Of a stretch of DNA of 64,000 nt, positions 51,934-61,764 are shown piece by piece. The stretch's first letter is position 1; every line of letters begins with the position of its first letter. Made by a program: the position numbers and the translations under genes. The notes under the pieces were generated by a model that saw nothing but the letters and a program-made list of their open reading frames with translations, did no database searches and was not told the DNA's origin. Source of the stretch: an archaeon GW2011_AR15 (lineage in GTDB: Archaea > Nanobdellota > Nanobdellia > Woesearchaeales > GW2011-AR15); NCBI GenBank assembly GCA_000830295.1, contig CP010425.1, positions 192,001 to 256,000 on the forward strand. Reading direction: 5' to 3'.

Positions 51934-51941
51934 GGTGAAGA

Positions 51942-52460
51942 ATGTTTAAGGATGCCAACAAGATCCTGAATGTACTTTTAGTTCTGGGTATGCTGGTATC
52001 CCTGTTTCTTTTGTATGAGCATTTTTCTCCTAATGCAAGCCAGTTCTGCAATTTTGGTGCTGGTCTGGACTGCGGCATTGTAAACAAAAGCCCATATGCC
52101 AACATTGACGGCCTGTCATATCTTTTCACTATAGATTTCGGCTGGTCTCTCCCGCTTATAAATCTCTCAGGCATGAACTGGTTTTTTGACCTGCTGACTG
52201 CAAACGCATTCCTTGGATTCTTAACACTTGTATTCCTTTTCTTCCTGGCAAAAGCCCACAAGGAGAAAAAGGGCTTCCTGTTCATAGAAAAGAATAGCAC
52301 ATTAAACTGGATGAAAGGCATCACTGCTTTTGGTGTTGCCTACGGGTTCTACCTGTTCCTCATCCAGCATTTCATACTGAAGACCTATTGCGTATACTGC
52401 CTTGCTCTTGATGTTATATTGGTTGCCTCTCTTGTTGTTGTGTGGAGGATGAAGAAATGA
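51942..52460 (+). CDS. Vitamin K epoxide reductase (VKOR) family protein
   Basis: C...C.IV.KSPYA loop cysteines, C-terminal YCVYC, about 4 TM. Confidence 0.9.
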   Translation: MFKDANKILNVLLVLGMLVSLFLLYEHFSPNASQFCNFGAGLDCGIVNKSPYANIDGLSYLFTIDFGWSLPLINLSGMNWFFDLLTANAFLGFLTLVFLFFLAKAHKEKKGFLFIEKNSTLNWMKGITAFGVAYGFYLFLIQHFILKTYCVYCLALDVILVASLVVVWRMKK

Positions 52461-52828
52461 GGAAGATAATTGCAGTTGTTATGATATTGCTTCTTGTGCT
52501 GCTGACTGCCTGCTCAACAGGGCCTTCATATCCCCGGGAGCAGGTTGACCAGTTTGCCCAGTGCCTGACTGAAAAGGGCGCTGTGATGTACGGAACTTTT
52601 TGGTGTCCTCACTGTGCACAAGTCAAGAAAAACTTTGGCAGTTCTTTTAAATATGTTGAGTATGTTGAATGCGATCCGAGAGGAGATAATGAACAATCAG
52701 AACTATGCCTGGAAAAAGGAATTGAAAAATATGCTACATTCGAATTTACAGACGGCTCAAGGCTTGTAGGAGAGCCTTCATTTGAAGAATTGAGCGAGAA
52801 AACAGGGTGTGTTCTAAGTGGCGGTTGA
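52457..52828 (+). CDS. Thioredoxin-like lipoprotein (VKOR partner)
   Basis: LTAC lipobox, MYGTFWCPHC, YVEC; paralog of 24143..24535. Confidence 0.87.
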   Translation: MRKIIAVVMILLLVLLTACSTGPSYPREQVDQFAQCLTEKGAVMYGTFWCPHCAQVKKNFGSSFKYVEYVECDPRGDNEQSELCLEKGIEKYATFEFTDGSRLVGEPSFEELSEKTGCVLSGG

Positions 52829-53531
52829 GATTATCCTGCCTACATGGCCCGTGGTTCTGTCAACAGCACTTGTTGATTCTATCAACCCCTGCGCAATCGG
52901 CGTCCTTGTAATAATGATTGCCACCCTTCTGAAACTTTCCAATAACAGAAAAAAGATGCTTAGTATCGGCATAATCTATATAACCACGGTTTTCCTGACA
53001 TACCTTGCAGCAGGATTCGGCCTGCTCACATTCATACAGAAATTCCCCGGCATCAGCATCTATCTCGGCTGGATTGTGGGAGTCATTGTAATAGCAATGG
53101 GTTTTATAGAAATAAAGGACTTCTTCTGGTATGGCCAGGGTTTCTCTCTCCAGATTCCTAAAAAACATGCAAAAACAATTATGGAGAAGATAAACAACCT
53201 TACTGCGGGCGGCAGCATTTTTCTGGGGATATTCGTCGCTGCTGTAGAGCTTCCGTGCACAGGAGGGCCGTATCTCGCAATAACAACAGCACTGGCTAAA
53301 ATCGGGCTGTCATGGAAAGTATTCTGGCTGCTTGTTATCTATAACATCATATTCGTGATGCCTTTGATTGTCATACTGCTGCTTGTGTATTTTGGCGTCG
53401 ATGCAAATAAGATAAGGGACTGGAAAGACAGCAAGAAAAAATGGATGAGGCTTTTCGCCGGTCTGCTTCTGATAGGGCTTGGCGTGCTGCTTATACTGTT
53501 TGCCAACGGGACCATCACACTGACAATCTAA
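52818..53531 (+). CDS. CcdA/DsbD-beta-like membrane disulfide transporter
   Basis: DSINPCA and ELPCTGGPY cysteines; about 6 TM. Confidence 0.87.
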   Translation: MAVEIILPTWPVVLSTALVDSINPCAIGVLVIMIATLLKLSNNRKKMLSIGIIYITTVFLTYLAAGFGLLTFIQKFPGISIYLGWIVGVIVIAMGFIEIKDFFWYGQGFSLQIPKKHAKTIMEKINNLTAGGSIFLGIFVAAVELPCTGGPYLAITTALAKIGLSWKVFWLLVIYNIIFVMPLIVILLLVYFGVDANKIRDWKDSKKKWMRLFAGLLLIGLGVLLILFANGTITLTI

Positions 53532-53532
53532 A

Positions 53533-53973
53533 ATGAAATTCAAAAAAATTAATTTTGGCCATATAGACGACATGATAATCGCCTGGATGGACAGGTGGGG
53601 AGTAACGCTGCTGAGGTATTCCCTTGCCATAGTCTTTATATGGTTCGGCATCCTGAAGCCGTTCGGATTAAGCTCAGCTACAGACATGGTGGCAAAGACC
53701 GTCTACTGGGTTGACCCTGCATGGTTCATACCTTTTCTCGGCTGGTGGGAGGTTGTTATCGGGGTCTGCCTGCTCTATAAGCCCATGGTAAGAGCCGGGA
53801 TATTTCTCATGGCCCTGCAGATGGCGGGCACTTTCCTGCCTATGATACTGCTTCCTGATGTCGTCTATGTGCAATTTCCTTTCGTGCTTACGCTGGAAGG
53901 CCAGTACATCGTCAAGAATATTGTGCTGATAAGCGCTGCAATAGTTGTAGGAAGCAAAGTAAAAGAAAAATAA
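53533..53973 (+). CDS. DoxX/YkgB-family membrane protein
   Basis: LRYSLAIVFIWFGILK...EGQYIVKN. Confidence 0.82.
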   Translation: MKFKKINFGHIDDMIIAWMDRWGVTLLRYSLAIVFIWFGILKPFGLSSATDMVAKTVYWVDPAWFIPFLGWWEVVIGVCLLYKPMVRAGIFLMALQMAGTFLPMILLPDVVYVQFPFVLTLEGQYIVKNIVLISAAIVVGSKVKEK

Positions 53974-54018
53974 TGCCACAGCAAATTATATAAACAACTT
54001 TCTTTTTAGAGAATTCTC

Positions 54019-54303
54019 ATGGCAATAAAAGATTTAGAAGTGAACCAAAGCAAAGTTGATGTTGAAGGAAAGATAACCGAGCTTGGAGAGGTAAGGGAAT
54101 TCTCAAAGTTCGGCAGGGAAGGAAGAGTATGCAACGCCACAGTCAAGGACGATTCAGGCTCTGTAAAGCTGACACTGTGGAATGAGCAGATTGACATGGT
54201 CAAGGAAGGAGATACAGTCAAGGTAAAAAACGGCTATGTCAAGGAATGGCAGGGCGAAAAGCAGCTTTCTGTAGGAAAATACGGCAGCCTTGAAATCGTG
54301 TAA
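54019..54303 (+). CDS. Single OB-fold ssDNA-binding protein (SSB/RPA)
   Basis: IKDL...DDSGSVKLTLW...VKNGYVKEWQGEKQLSVGKYG. Confidence 0.92.
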   Translation: MAIKDLEVNQSKVDVEGKITELGEVREFSKFGREGRVCNATVKDDSGSVKLTLWNEQIDMVKEGDTVKVKNGYVKEWQGEKQLSVGKYGSLEIV

Positions 54304-54391
54304 TAGATTCTACAAGGCCCATAATAATGTAAAAGCACAGAAACCTTTATAATTAAATTTCTTTTTAGGGAATTCTAATAGGGGGTTAAAA

Positions 54392-54859
54392 ATGTCATCA
54401 GTATTAGAAGAAGTAACAGAGTCAAACTGGAGGCAACTGGCACTTCATGTCGCTCAAGAAATTTTTCCGAAAGGAAGTCTCGTAGACTGGCACTATGCGG
54501 GAATAGAATTCGGGCTAGTGGCTTCAATTAGCAAAACTGGAAAAATCACAATACAAAGAGGAAAACTCCCTCTTGAAAAAGTAACGGATAGCGAGGGGAG
54601 CGGCGGGACTTACGGAAAGTTCTGGTATCGGGCAAATTTAATAGAATTCACCCCGCATACAAAAGAAAGCTTAGCCCATCTTCTCGAGGCTCCAAGAACA
54701 AGATTTACTCCTCGCTGCTTCTATGGGACAGATTGGAGAGAAAGGGGATATGACAGCCCAATAGAATGGTATCAGGTAAAAGGGAACAGGGGTTTAATTC
54801 TTGGAAAGCCGAAAATCACAGAAAATGGTTTAATAATGGAGGAGCATTATTCTCCTTAG
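54392..54859 (+). CDS. Hypothetical protein
   Basis: 155-aa ORF, GGGGG SD. Confidence 0.6.
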   Translation: MSSVLEEVTESNWRQLALHVAQEIFPKGSLVDWHYAGIEFGLVASISKTGKITIQRGKLPLEKVTDSEGSGGTYGKFWYRANLIEFTPHTKESLAHLLEAPRTRFTPRCFYGTDWRERGYDSPIEWYQVKGNRGLILGKPKITENGLIMEEHYSP

Positions 54860-54938
54860 GGTTTCAGTGCGGGCTTTGTCCCAGAAATAACTTTTTTATC
54901 CACTTAAGTTTAAAAACTGTTTCTGATTCCTTTTTTAT

Positions 54939-55934
54939 ATGGATGAATTAGTCAGGAAAGCGTCAGCAACCTATTCAAAGAATTTTCCGGCTGAAACGCA
55001 TTTTGAAAGGGCAATATTCATCTCATGGTTCTGCGCCAAGCCAACGTGCAAGTTCTGCTATATGTACACTATAAAAGACAAGATAAAGAACCCTAGGCAG
55101 GCAAGGAGAAGGCTTGAATCCATATTTGCCGAGGCCCTTATATGCAGAATATGCAGCTGGGAGATCGGGTTTCTTTCTGCAGGAATCGCCTCCTGGGCAA
55201 CTTCAGAGCTGAAAGAAGTGCTTGACGGCCTTTACAAAATTACAGGGAAAAAGCAGTGGCTTAATCTTGGTGTGCTGAAAGAAAGACAGATAAAAGAGCT
55301 TTTGCCGTATATAGAAGGGATTACGGGAACTGTTGAATGCGTAAATGAGGAATTAAGGAGAGACATTGTCCCTGACAAGCCGCTTGATGAGATTGACAGG
55401 ATGTTTGAAATTGCGGATAAATACGAAATTAAGAAAGCAATCACAATTATAGTCGGGCTGGGAGAGACAATTGAGGATTTCCCAAGATTCACGGAGCTTG
55501 TCAGGAAATGGAAAGTTGACAGGATAAATTTCTACAGGCTGGTGCCCCATGAAGACGCGCCTTTTGAGAATGGGCCTGAAACCGGCTATTATATTGAATG
55601 GATAGCAAAAACAAGGATTGAATTCCCCAAAATAGAGATAATCGCAGGCTCATGGCCTGACAGGACAACTGAAGTCCCTCTTCTGCTGGAAGCCGGGGCA
55701 AATGCAATAACAAAGTTTCCTGCAATAAAGATGTTCGGAAAAAAGCCTGCGCATGAGATAGAGGAAGGGGCAGAAAAGGCAGGAAGGAAATTCCTGAGCA
55801 ACATGACAGTGTATCCTGATGTTGATATTGACAAGGAGCTTGGTAAGCTGGATTTTGATCATGCCATGAAAGACAAAATAAGGGAAAAATACCTGAAATA
55901 TTATAAGAATCTGAAAAAATATGAAGCCAAATAG
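54939..55934 (+). CDS. Radical SAM protein, biotin-synthase-related
   Basis: CAKPTCKFC (CX4CX2C), IIVGLGET, GANAITKFP. Confidence 0.82.
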   Translation: MDELVRKASATYSKNFPAETHFERAIFISWFCAKPTCKFCYMYTIKDKIKNPRQARRRLESIFAEALICRICSWEIGFLSAGIASWATSELKEVLDGLYKITGKKQWLNLGVLKERQIKELLPYIEGITGTVECVNEELRRDIVPDKPLDEIDRMFEIADKYEIKKAITIIVGLGETIEDFPRFTELVRKWKVDRINFYRLVPHEDAPFENGPETGYYIEWIAKTRIEFPKIEIIAGSWPDRTTEVPLLLEAGANAITKFPAIKMFGKKPAHEIEEGAEKAGRKFLSNMTVYPDVDIDKELGKLDFDHAMKDKIREKYLKYYKNLKKYEAK

Positions 55935-55940
55935 CCGGCC

Positions 55941-56291
55941 TTATTCTACCCCGTAGTCGAAATCCTTATATTTTCCTGAGTCAGCAACCAGCTGGTCTTT
56001 TTCTTCCTTAGGGCTAACCGTGACTTTCTGCGGGGTGTTAAATTTAAACTCCTTCATTTCCAGTCCCTTTGCCAGGTTGATATTCCCGCAGTTTATGCAG
56101 TTAAAATAGGGGCCGTATTTGCCTGTCTTCAGCTCAAGGTAGGAGCCGCATGCGCATTTTATATCGGGGAGGACCTCCTCTTTATGCTTAGTGCATACAT
56201 TCAGCCCCTGCCTGTTCCTGGCAATTGCCCTGTCCCCGCAAAAGGGGCATTTCTCTTCTTTGTACTGCCCGTATCTCTTTGGGATAAACAT
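55941..56291 (-). CDS. Zinc-finger protein (topoisomerase C4-like ribbon)
   Basis: CPFC..C..H, CACG..LELKTGKYGPYFNCINC. Confidence 0.75.
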   Translation of the reverse strand: MFIPKRYGQYKEEKCPFCGDRAIARNRQGLNVCTKHKEEVLPDIKCACGSYLELKTGKYGPYFNCINCGNINLAKGLEMKEFKFNTPQKVTVSPKEEKDQLVADSGKYKDFDYGVE

Positions 56292-56364
56292 ACTTTCTCA
56301 GGTTTGGAGATGTTTTAAATACCTTTGCATAACTATTAATATCAAACCCTTTTAATCAGCATAA

Positions 56365-56949
56365 ATGAAAAACAATATTGTCTATGAGCTGCTTAAGCAG
56401 GGCAGCAGGCTTCTTGACGATGTGCTAAAGGACAGGAAGAAGTTTCTTGTTTCTATCCTGCTTGTTCTTCTTGGCGTCCTTACAGTCATAAAATTTGAAA
56501 GGATATTTTTCACTGCTGTCCTTATAGGCCTCGGAGTAGTCTCCCTTGCTTATATCAGGTTTTTCAGGTATGCACATTATGTCGGTATAGAGTTGTGCAT
56601 GATGGCGACTGTGCTCATCAGCCTGGCATATGGGTCTGCTGCAGGGGCAGTTGCAGGCTTTGCAACAATAACAGGAGCGCTTGTGCTGAGCGGCTATTTC
56701 AAGCCGAGCTACATTGTGTCTGTAATCGCCCTTCCTATGGTCGGGCTTATTGTGCCTTTCTTTTCTGCTCTGAATCTGTGGCAACTTGGAGTGCTTATGA
56801 CGGTGCTCTATGACCTTTTTGTCCTGCCATTATACATAATGATGGGAAGCAAAATAGAATCCTCTGCTGTGTTTTTCATAACACATGTGCTTTTCAATTA
56901 TTGGGTGTTCACGACAATAGCGCCGTTCTTCTATACTCTGATAATTTAA
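56365..56949 (+). CDS. Membrane protein, possibly ECF S-component-like
   Basis: About 6 TM, GIEL...LAYGSAAGAVAG. Confidence 0.65.
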   Translation: MKNNIVYELLKQGSRLLDDVLKDRKKFLVSILLVLLGVLTVIKFERIFFTAVLIGLGVVSLAYIRFFRYAHYVGIELCMMATVLISLAYGSAAGAVAGFATITGALVLSGYFKPSYIVSVIALPMVGLIVPFFSALNLWQLGVLMTVLYDLFVLPLYIMMGSKIESSAVFFITHVLFNYWVFTTIAPFFYTLII

Positions 56950-56964
56950 AGAAAAAGTAAGAAA

Positions 56965-57420
56965 TTAAATTGAAGGCCCGTTGCTATATTCTGCTTGCGG
57001 AAGAGGCTTCCCTTCTACTGGGAAATAGGCAACAAGCATCCTGTTTGCAAGAAGCTCAATGCTGTTTCCTCCCATATCTTTTGCCACTACAACCGGAATC
57101 TCTATCTTATCATGTGGGGCTTTTCTTTCGAATCCTTCCATTACTCTGCTGGAGATATCATAGATGTCTCTCAAGTTTGATGATGGCAGCAAACGCCCTA
57201 CGTCCTGATGCAAGGCAACCAGACTTGTGTAAGGCCTGATTTCAGCAGCACCTTTTCCATTCATATATACAAGCTCCAGATCCCTTTCTGCCCATCCTAA
57301 AGTCAGGTCCCTGTCCTGCGTCAGGGCGAATGCTGGCAGATTGTTATAATCAAGCGGCACTATTCTTGTAGGCCTCTTTGCTGTTTTTAATGATTTTGAA
57401 CCATTACCATTGCTTGGCAT
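56965..57420 (-). CDS. Hypothetical protein
   Basis: 151 aa, AGGAGG SD. Confidence 0.65.
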   Translation of the reverse strand: MPSNGNGSKSLKTAKRPTRIVPLDYNNLPAFALTQDRDLTLGWAERDLELVYMNGKGAAEIRPYTSLVALHQDVGRLLPSSNLRDIYDISSRVMEGFERKAPHDKIEIPVVVAKDMGGNSIELLANRMLVAYFPVEGKPLPQAEYSNGPSI

Positions 57421-57575
57421 TTTTATCTTCCTCCTATGAAGTATGAAAAGGGTTAACCTGAACTTATATAAAAACGCGGTGTTATTATTTTAACAAATAT
57501 TTTTAGTGATTGTTATATTCTCTATTCCCGTTATTTAGCAATCTTTTTATAAACTATGAGATTTAACCAGATGAT

Positions 57576-59237
57576 ATGGGAGATCTTGACGTGAATCACT
57601 GGGCTGACCAGATTGCAGATGAAGTCATTGAAAGGGTCGAAAAAGACTCTGTTCTCAAAAAACAAGTCGCCAAGACAGGCTACTTCATCTATGACGAGAA
57701 AACCCCTTCAGGAGTCATACATATAGGCAGCGGAAGAGGCTGGGTTATCCATGATGCCATTGCAAAGGCACTGAAGGACAAGGGGAAGAAAGCAAGATTT
57801 GTGCTGAGCAGCGATGACATGGACCCGCTGGACAAGCCATCAAAAGAACTGAGCAAAGAAGATAATGAGAAATATATAGGAATTCCATTCAGGTATATCC
57901 CGAGCCCTGTAAAGGGCTACAAAAATTTCGGGGAATATTATTTCAGGCAGTGCACTGACCTTTTTCCCAGATTCGGCATAGAGGCAGAACTGGAAAGCAC
58001 AGGAGAAGAGTATGAAAAAGGGACTTTCAACAAAGCAATAAAGACTGCTCTTGACAATGCTGACAAGGTGCAGAAGGTTTATGCTGAGCTTTATGGGGAA
58101 GATGTTGCTGCTGCAAACAAGCTTCCGTTCAATGTAAAGTGCCCGAAGTGCGGGAAGATAGCGACAACTCTTGCAATCGAGTGGGACAGGAAGAAAGAAG
58201 AGATTTATTTTGAATGCTCTGACAAGGTTGTTGAGTGGGCAAAGGGCTGCGGCCACAAAGGCTGGATCTCCCCCTACAACGGCAACGGAAAATTCCCCTG
58301 GAAAGTTGAGTGGGCTGCAAAATGGCCCTCAAAAGGCGTAATAGCAGAGACAGCAGGAAAAGACCATTTCACAAAAGGCGGCTCAAGGACAATTGCGTGC
58401 AGGATTTCTGTGGATGTCTTCAATTATCCTCCCCCATATCCGAGCAATGGATACTACACCGGCCAGGGCTATGAGTTTTTCACAGTAGGCGGTAAGAAAA
58501 TGTCAACAAGCAAGGGAAGGGGAATCGGGTTTGCAGAGTCTGTGAACTTTGCTCCTGCAAAAATGCTGAGGTTCCTCCTTATAAGGACAAGGCCGAATGC
58601 CGTGATTGATTTCGACCCTTATGGGACAAACGACATTATCCTGCTTTACGAGAGATATGATACAGCAGAAAGAGTGTATTTCGGCAAGCAGGACCTCGGG
58701 GAAAAAGAGAACATCAAGCAGAAGAGGATATATGAGCTGAGCCATATCGGAAAGATACCAACGCAGATGCCTCCGCAGATATCGCTTGTGCATGCCGCAA
58801 CCCTCGTTCAGATATTTGACAGTAAAGATGATATAATAGAAAACCTGAAGCAGACAGGCCACATAAAAAAAGGAACTACAAAGGAAAGCATAGATTATGT
58901 AAAGGACAGGCTGGATTTTGCTGAAAAGTGGGTCAAGGAATTTGCAGACGAGCAGTACAGGTTTGAGCTGCAAAAAAAAGCCCCCGATGTGAAGCTTGAT
59001 GCAAAACAGGTAAAAGCCATAAGGACACTGGCAAAAAAATTAAGGGAAAAGGAATGGGATGAGAAATCCCTGTACGATGAATTCTACAATATTGCAAGGG
59101 ATGAGGCAGGAATAGAGCCAAAAGAGCTTTTCACAGCTGCATATCTTGTTTTGCTGAACAGGGAAAGAGGACCGAAGCTTGCTCCCTTTCTGCTTGCTGC
59201 AAAAGAAAAGGCAATAAAATTATTTGAAGCTATTTAA
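57576..59237 (+). CDS. lysS: Class I lysine--tRNA ligase
   Basis: HWAD, PSGVIHIG, CPKC, WKVEWAAKW, KMSTSKG, GPKL. Confidence 0.96.
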   Translation: MGDLDVNHWADQIADEVIERVEKDSVLKKQVAKTGYFIYDEKTPSGVIHIGSGRGWVIHDAIAKALKDKGKKARFVLSSDDMDPLDKPSKELSKEDNEKYIGIPFRYIPSPVKGYKNFGEYYFRQCTDLFPRFGIEAELESTGEEYEKGTFNKAIKTALDNADKVQKVYAELYGEDVAAANKLPFNVKCPKCGKIATTLAIEWDRKKEEIYFECSDKVVEWAKGCGHKGWISPYNGNGKFPWKVEWAAKWPSKGVIAETAGKDHFTKGGSRTIACRISVDVFNYPPPYPSNGYYTGQGYEFFTVGGKKMSTSKGRGIGFAESVNFAPAKMLRFLLIRTRPNAVIDFDPYGTNDIILLYERYDTAERVYFGKQDLGEKENIKQKRIYELSHIGKIPTQMPPQISLVHAATLVQIFDSKDDIIENLKQTGHIKKGTTKESIDYVKDRLDFAEKWVKEFADEQYRFELQKKAPDVKLDAKQVKAIRTLAKKLREKEWDEKSLYDEFYNIARDEAGIEPKELFTAAYLVLLNRERGPKLAPFLLAAKEKAIKLFEAI

Positions 59238-59347
59238 ACGGGCTGAGATAGACTTCAATCTCAGTAAAATGTTGTGCTATGCCCGGTAGGCTATGCTGCA
59301 GATACACCGAGAAAAAAGATAAGATTCAATGAAGAATATGTGTTTTT

Positions 59348-60052
59348 TTAATAGTCTAAAAGATTTCCCGGCTTTTCTTTTTTGGTCTCTCCTGTGATTT
59401 TTGATTCCCTATATCTGCAGTATTCACATCCCTCTGTTTCTTTCGGCATCGGGCCGTCCAGAACTTCAAGTGCTCTTTTCAGCAGTTCCTCAGCAATCCT
59501 GTTGTGTGTGTTTATCTTTATCAGGTCCCTGTGGAATATGAATACATTGTCCACGACCTTGTCAGGGTGGTAGAAAAGGAGATAGGAGAAATCTTCTGTC
59601 TCATAGCCGTTTTTCCTCAGCAGATAATTGTAAAGCGCCTGCTGCTCAATATAATGCACATGCGTATCATCTTTTACAGGATAGCCTCTTGTCTTATAGT
59701 CCAGCACTATCAGTTTTTTTCCTTTTAGAAGAAGGGCATCAATTGCGCCCTTAAGCAGAAATCTTTCTGTGTCATACTGTATCCCTGTATAATTTGACCT
59801 CCATTTTTCAAGAAGCTTAAGGTCCGGGAAGAGTTTGACATTCTTCATCTCCTCCCTGCCGTCAAGCTCTGGCGGAAGTTCTCCTTTCCTGGTGAAAGAG
59901 TCAAAATGCTCTTTCAGTATCCTGTCCATACCGCTGGGAAGGGACGGAAAGATTCCCCTTGGCCTTATTATCTCCGTGTTATAGTGGAGCCAGAAGCATT
60001 TGGGGCATTCCTTCAGCAGGCCTATCTGGGATGGTGAGAACTTGTATTTCAT
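59348..60052 (-). CDS. PD-(D/E)XK nuclease (Cas4/AddB-like), solo
   Basis: FSPSQI..LKECPKCFW, GAIDAL...LDYKT, QQALY, CEYC. Confidence 0.85.
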   Translation of the reverse strand: MKYKFSPSQIGLLKECPKCFWLHYNTEIIRPRGIFPSLPSGMDRILKEHFDSFTRKGELPPELDGREEMKNVKLFPDLKLLEKWRSNYTGIQYDTERFLLKGAIDALLLKGKKLIVLDYKTRGYPVKDDTHVHYIEQQALYNYLLRKNGYETEDFSYLLFYHPDKVVDNVFIFHRDLIKINTHNRIAEELLKRALEVLDGPMPKETEGCEYCRYRESKITGETKKEKPGNLLDY

Positions 60053-60207
60053 TGACAGTATGGATGAACTATATACTTATAATTGTTATGGAGAAATGTC
60101 CAGTGAATATTGCTTCGCTCCTGTCCCGTAAAATGGCAGCCGCATCATTTTTTTATTGTTGGGTGGACAGAGGTATTTAAAATTAGTTATATGCTGTCAT
60201 ACAGGTC

Positions 60208-60717
60208 CTAGAAAAAGGTGACTAATCCCCTGTTTCTTGGATCAGAATATACAGACGGCTTTTCTGCGACAGGCTCATAAAGGATCCTGTGCGTCTGGCC
60301 TGCAACCTGGTGGGAATTAAACAGTTTTGCTTCCGGCATCTTCTGCTCTATAGTTACATGATGGCCGAGGAGAGTATCAAATGTCCCGTCCTGGTACATC
60401 TCCAAAATATTATATAAGTCTCCACTAGAGTCGAAAGGCTCCAGCCCTTTTATTTTTGCCTTGTAGAAATTTATCCTTGCCTGTTTCCTCTCTTCTATGA
60501 TTCTCTCAGCTTCTTTAGAATCTGCGTACATAAAATCGAATGTTTTGTAGAGAAAGCCTGCCAGGCCTTTTTTTTCTTTCCTTGCCCTGGAATCGTTTAC
60601 AATTTCAGCCAATTCCATGGTTGTCAGTTCATCAAGTGCTGCTCCTGGCACATATGGCATTACTGTTGGGTCCATATAGCGCATTCCAAACGGGTTTGCA
60701 GGATCGAAATTTGGCAT
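60208..60717 (-). CDS. Hypothetical protein
   Basis: 169-aa ORF with TATA box. Confidence 0.6.
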   Translation of the reverse strand: MPNFDPANPFGMRYMDPTVMPYVPGAALDELTTMELAEIVNDSRARKEKKGLAGFLYKTFDFMYADSKEAERIIEERKQARINFYKAKIKGLEPFDSSGDLYNILEMYQDGTFDTLLGHHVTIEQKMPEAKLFNSHQVAGQTHRILYEPVAEKPSVYSDPRNRGLVTFF

Positions 60718-60804
60718 GCTGGCTGGTGACTGCAGTTTATATTTAAAGTTAACCCCTGCCTATTTCAGACTAGTTTTAAATATAAGTTTTTTCTCAGGCT
60801 AAGT

Positions 60805-61764
60805 ATGGGAAACATACTTTTCATCATCGGCACAGTGAACACAGGGAAAATGATGTACAGCATATCTAAGGAGCTGCAGGAGCACAGCTGTTATTTCACG
60901 CCGTTTTACCTTAATTCCCTGGATGAATTGCTGACCAGTAGTATGATTGATATTCCTTTAAGGAAGAAGCACTTTGAGAATACCCAGAAATTCATAGAAG
61001 ACAGAAGACTTCCTCTGGACTACAAGGGCATTGGCCGTGAATATGACCTTGTCGTTACATGCACAGACGTATATATCCAGGACAACATACTCGATAGAAA
61101 AGTGGTGCTTGTGCAGGAAGGGATAACAGACCCGGAAAGCTGGACTTATAACCTGATAAAGATTTTCCCTTTTCTTCCGCGCTATATTGCCAATACTTCG
61201 GCAACAGGATTGTCTGATATATACGAGTATTTCTGCGTTGCTTCTGAAGGATACAGGGAGCTTTTCACCAGGAAAGGAGTCAGGCCTGAAAAAATAAGGG
61301 TTACAGGCATTCCCAACTTTGATGATATGGAGAAATACAGGGATAATGATTTTGAGCACAGGGGATATGTATTGGCAGCAACCTCTCCCCTGCGGGAAGT
61401 CTTTAAGCCTGACAACAGGCCTGCCTTTATAAAAAAAGCTGTTGACATCGCCGGCGGAAGGCAATTGATTTTCAAGCTCCATCCTTCAGAAAAAGCTGAC
61501 AGGGCGGTGTATGAAATAAACACGCATGCTCCCGGAGCGCTTATCTATACAGACGGCAACGGAGAAGAGATGGTTGCCAACTGCGATGTCCTGATTACAC
61601 AGCTTTCCACTCTCACGTTTGTAGGCGTTGCACTTGGAAAAGAGGTCTATACAGACTTGGATATTGATGAAGTGAAGAGACTGATGCCAATGCAGAATAG
61701 CGGCCAGTCTGCAAAAAACATTGCTGATGTATGCATGGAAATTTTAAACAGCCCGGACAATTAG
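60805..61764 (+). CDS. GT-B fold protein (UDP-GlcNAc 2-epimerase / capsule glycosyltransferase-like)
   Basis: LVQEG, VTGIPNFD, FKLHP, DVLITQLST...ALGK. Confidence 0.7.
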   Translation: MGNILFIIGTVNTGKMMYSISKELQEHSCYFTPFYLNSLDELLTSSMIDIPLRKKHFENTQKFIEDRRLPLDYKGIGREYDLVVTCTDVYIQDNILDRKVVLVQEGITDPESWTYNLIKIFPFLPRYIANTSATGLSDIYEYFCVASEGYRELFTRKGVRPEKIRVTGIPNFDDMEKYRDNDFEHRGYVLAATSPLREVFKPDNRPAFIKKAVDIAGGRQLIFKLHPSEKADRAVYEINTHAPGALIYTDGNGEEMVANCDVLITQLSTLTFVGVALGKEVYTDLDIDEVKRLMPMQNSGQSAKNIADVCMEILNSPDN

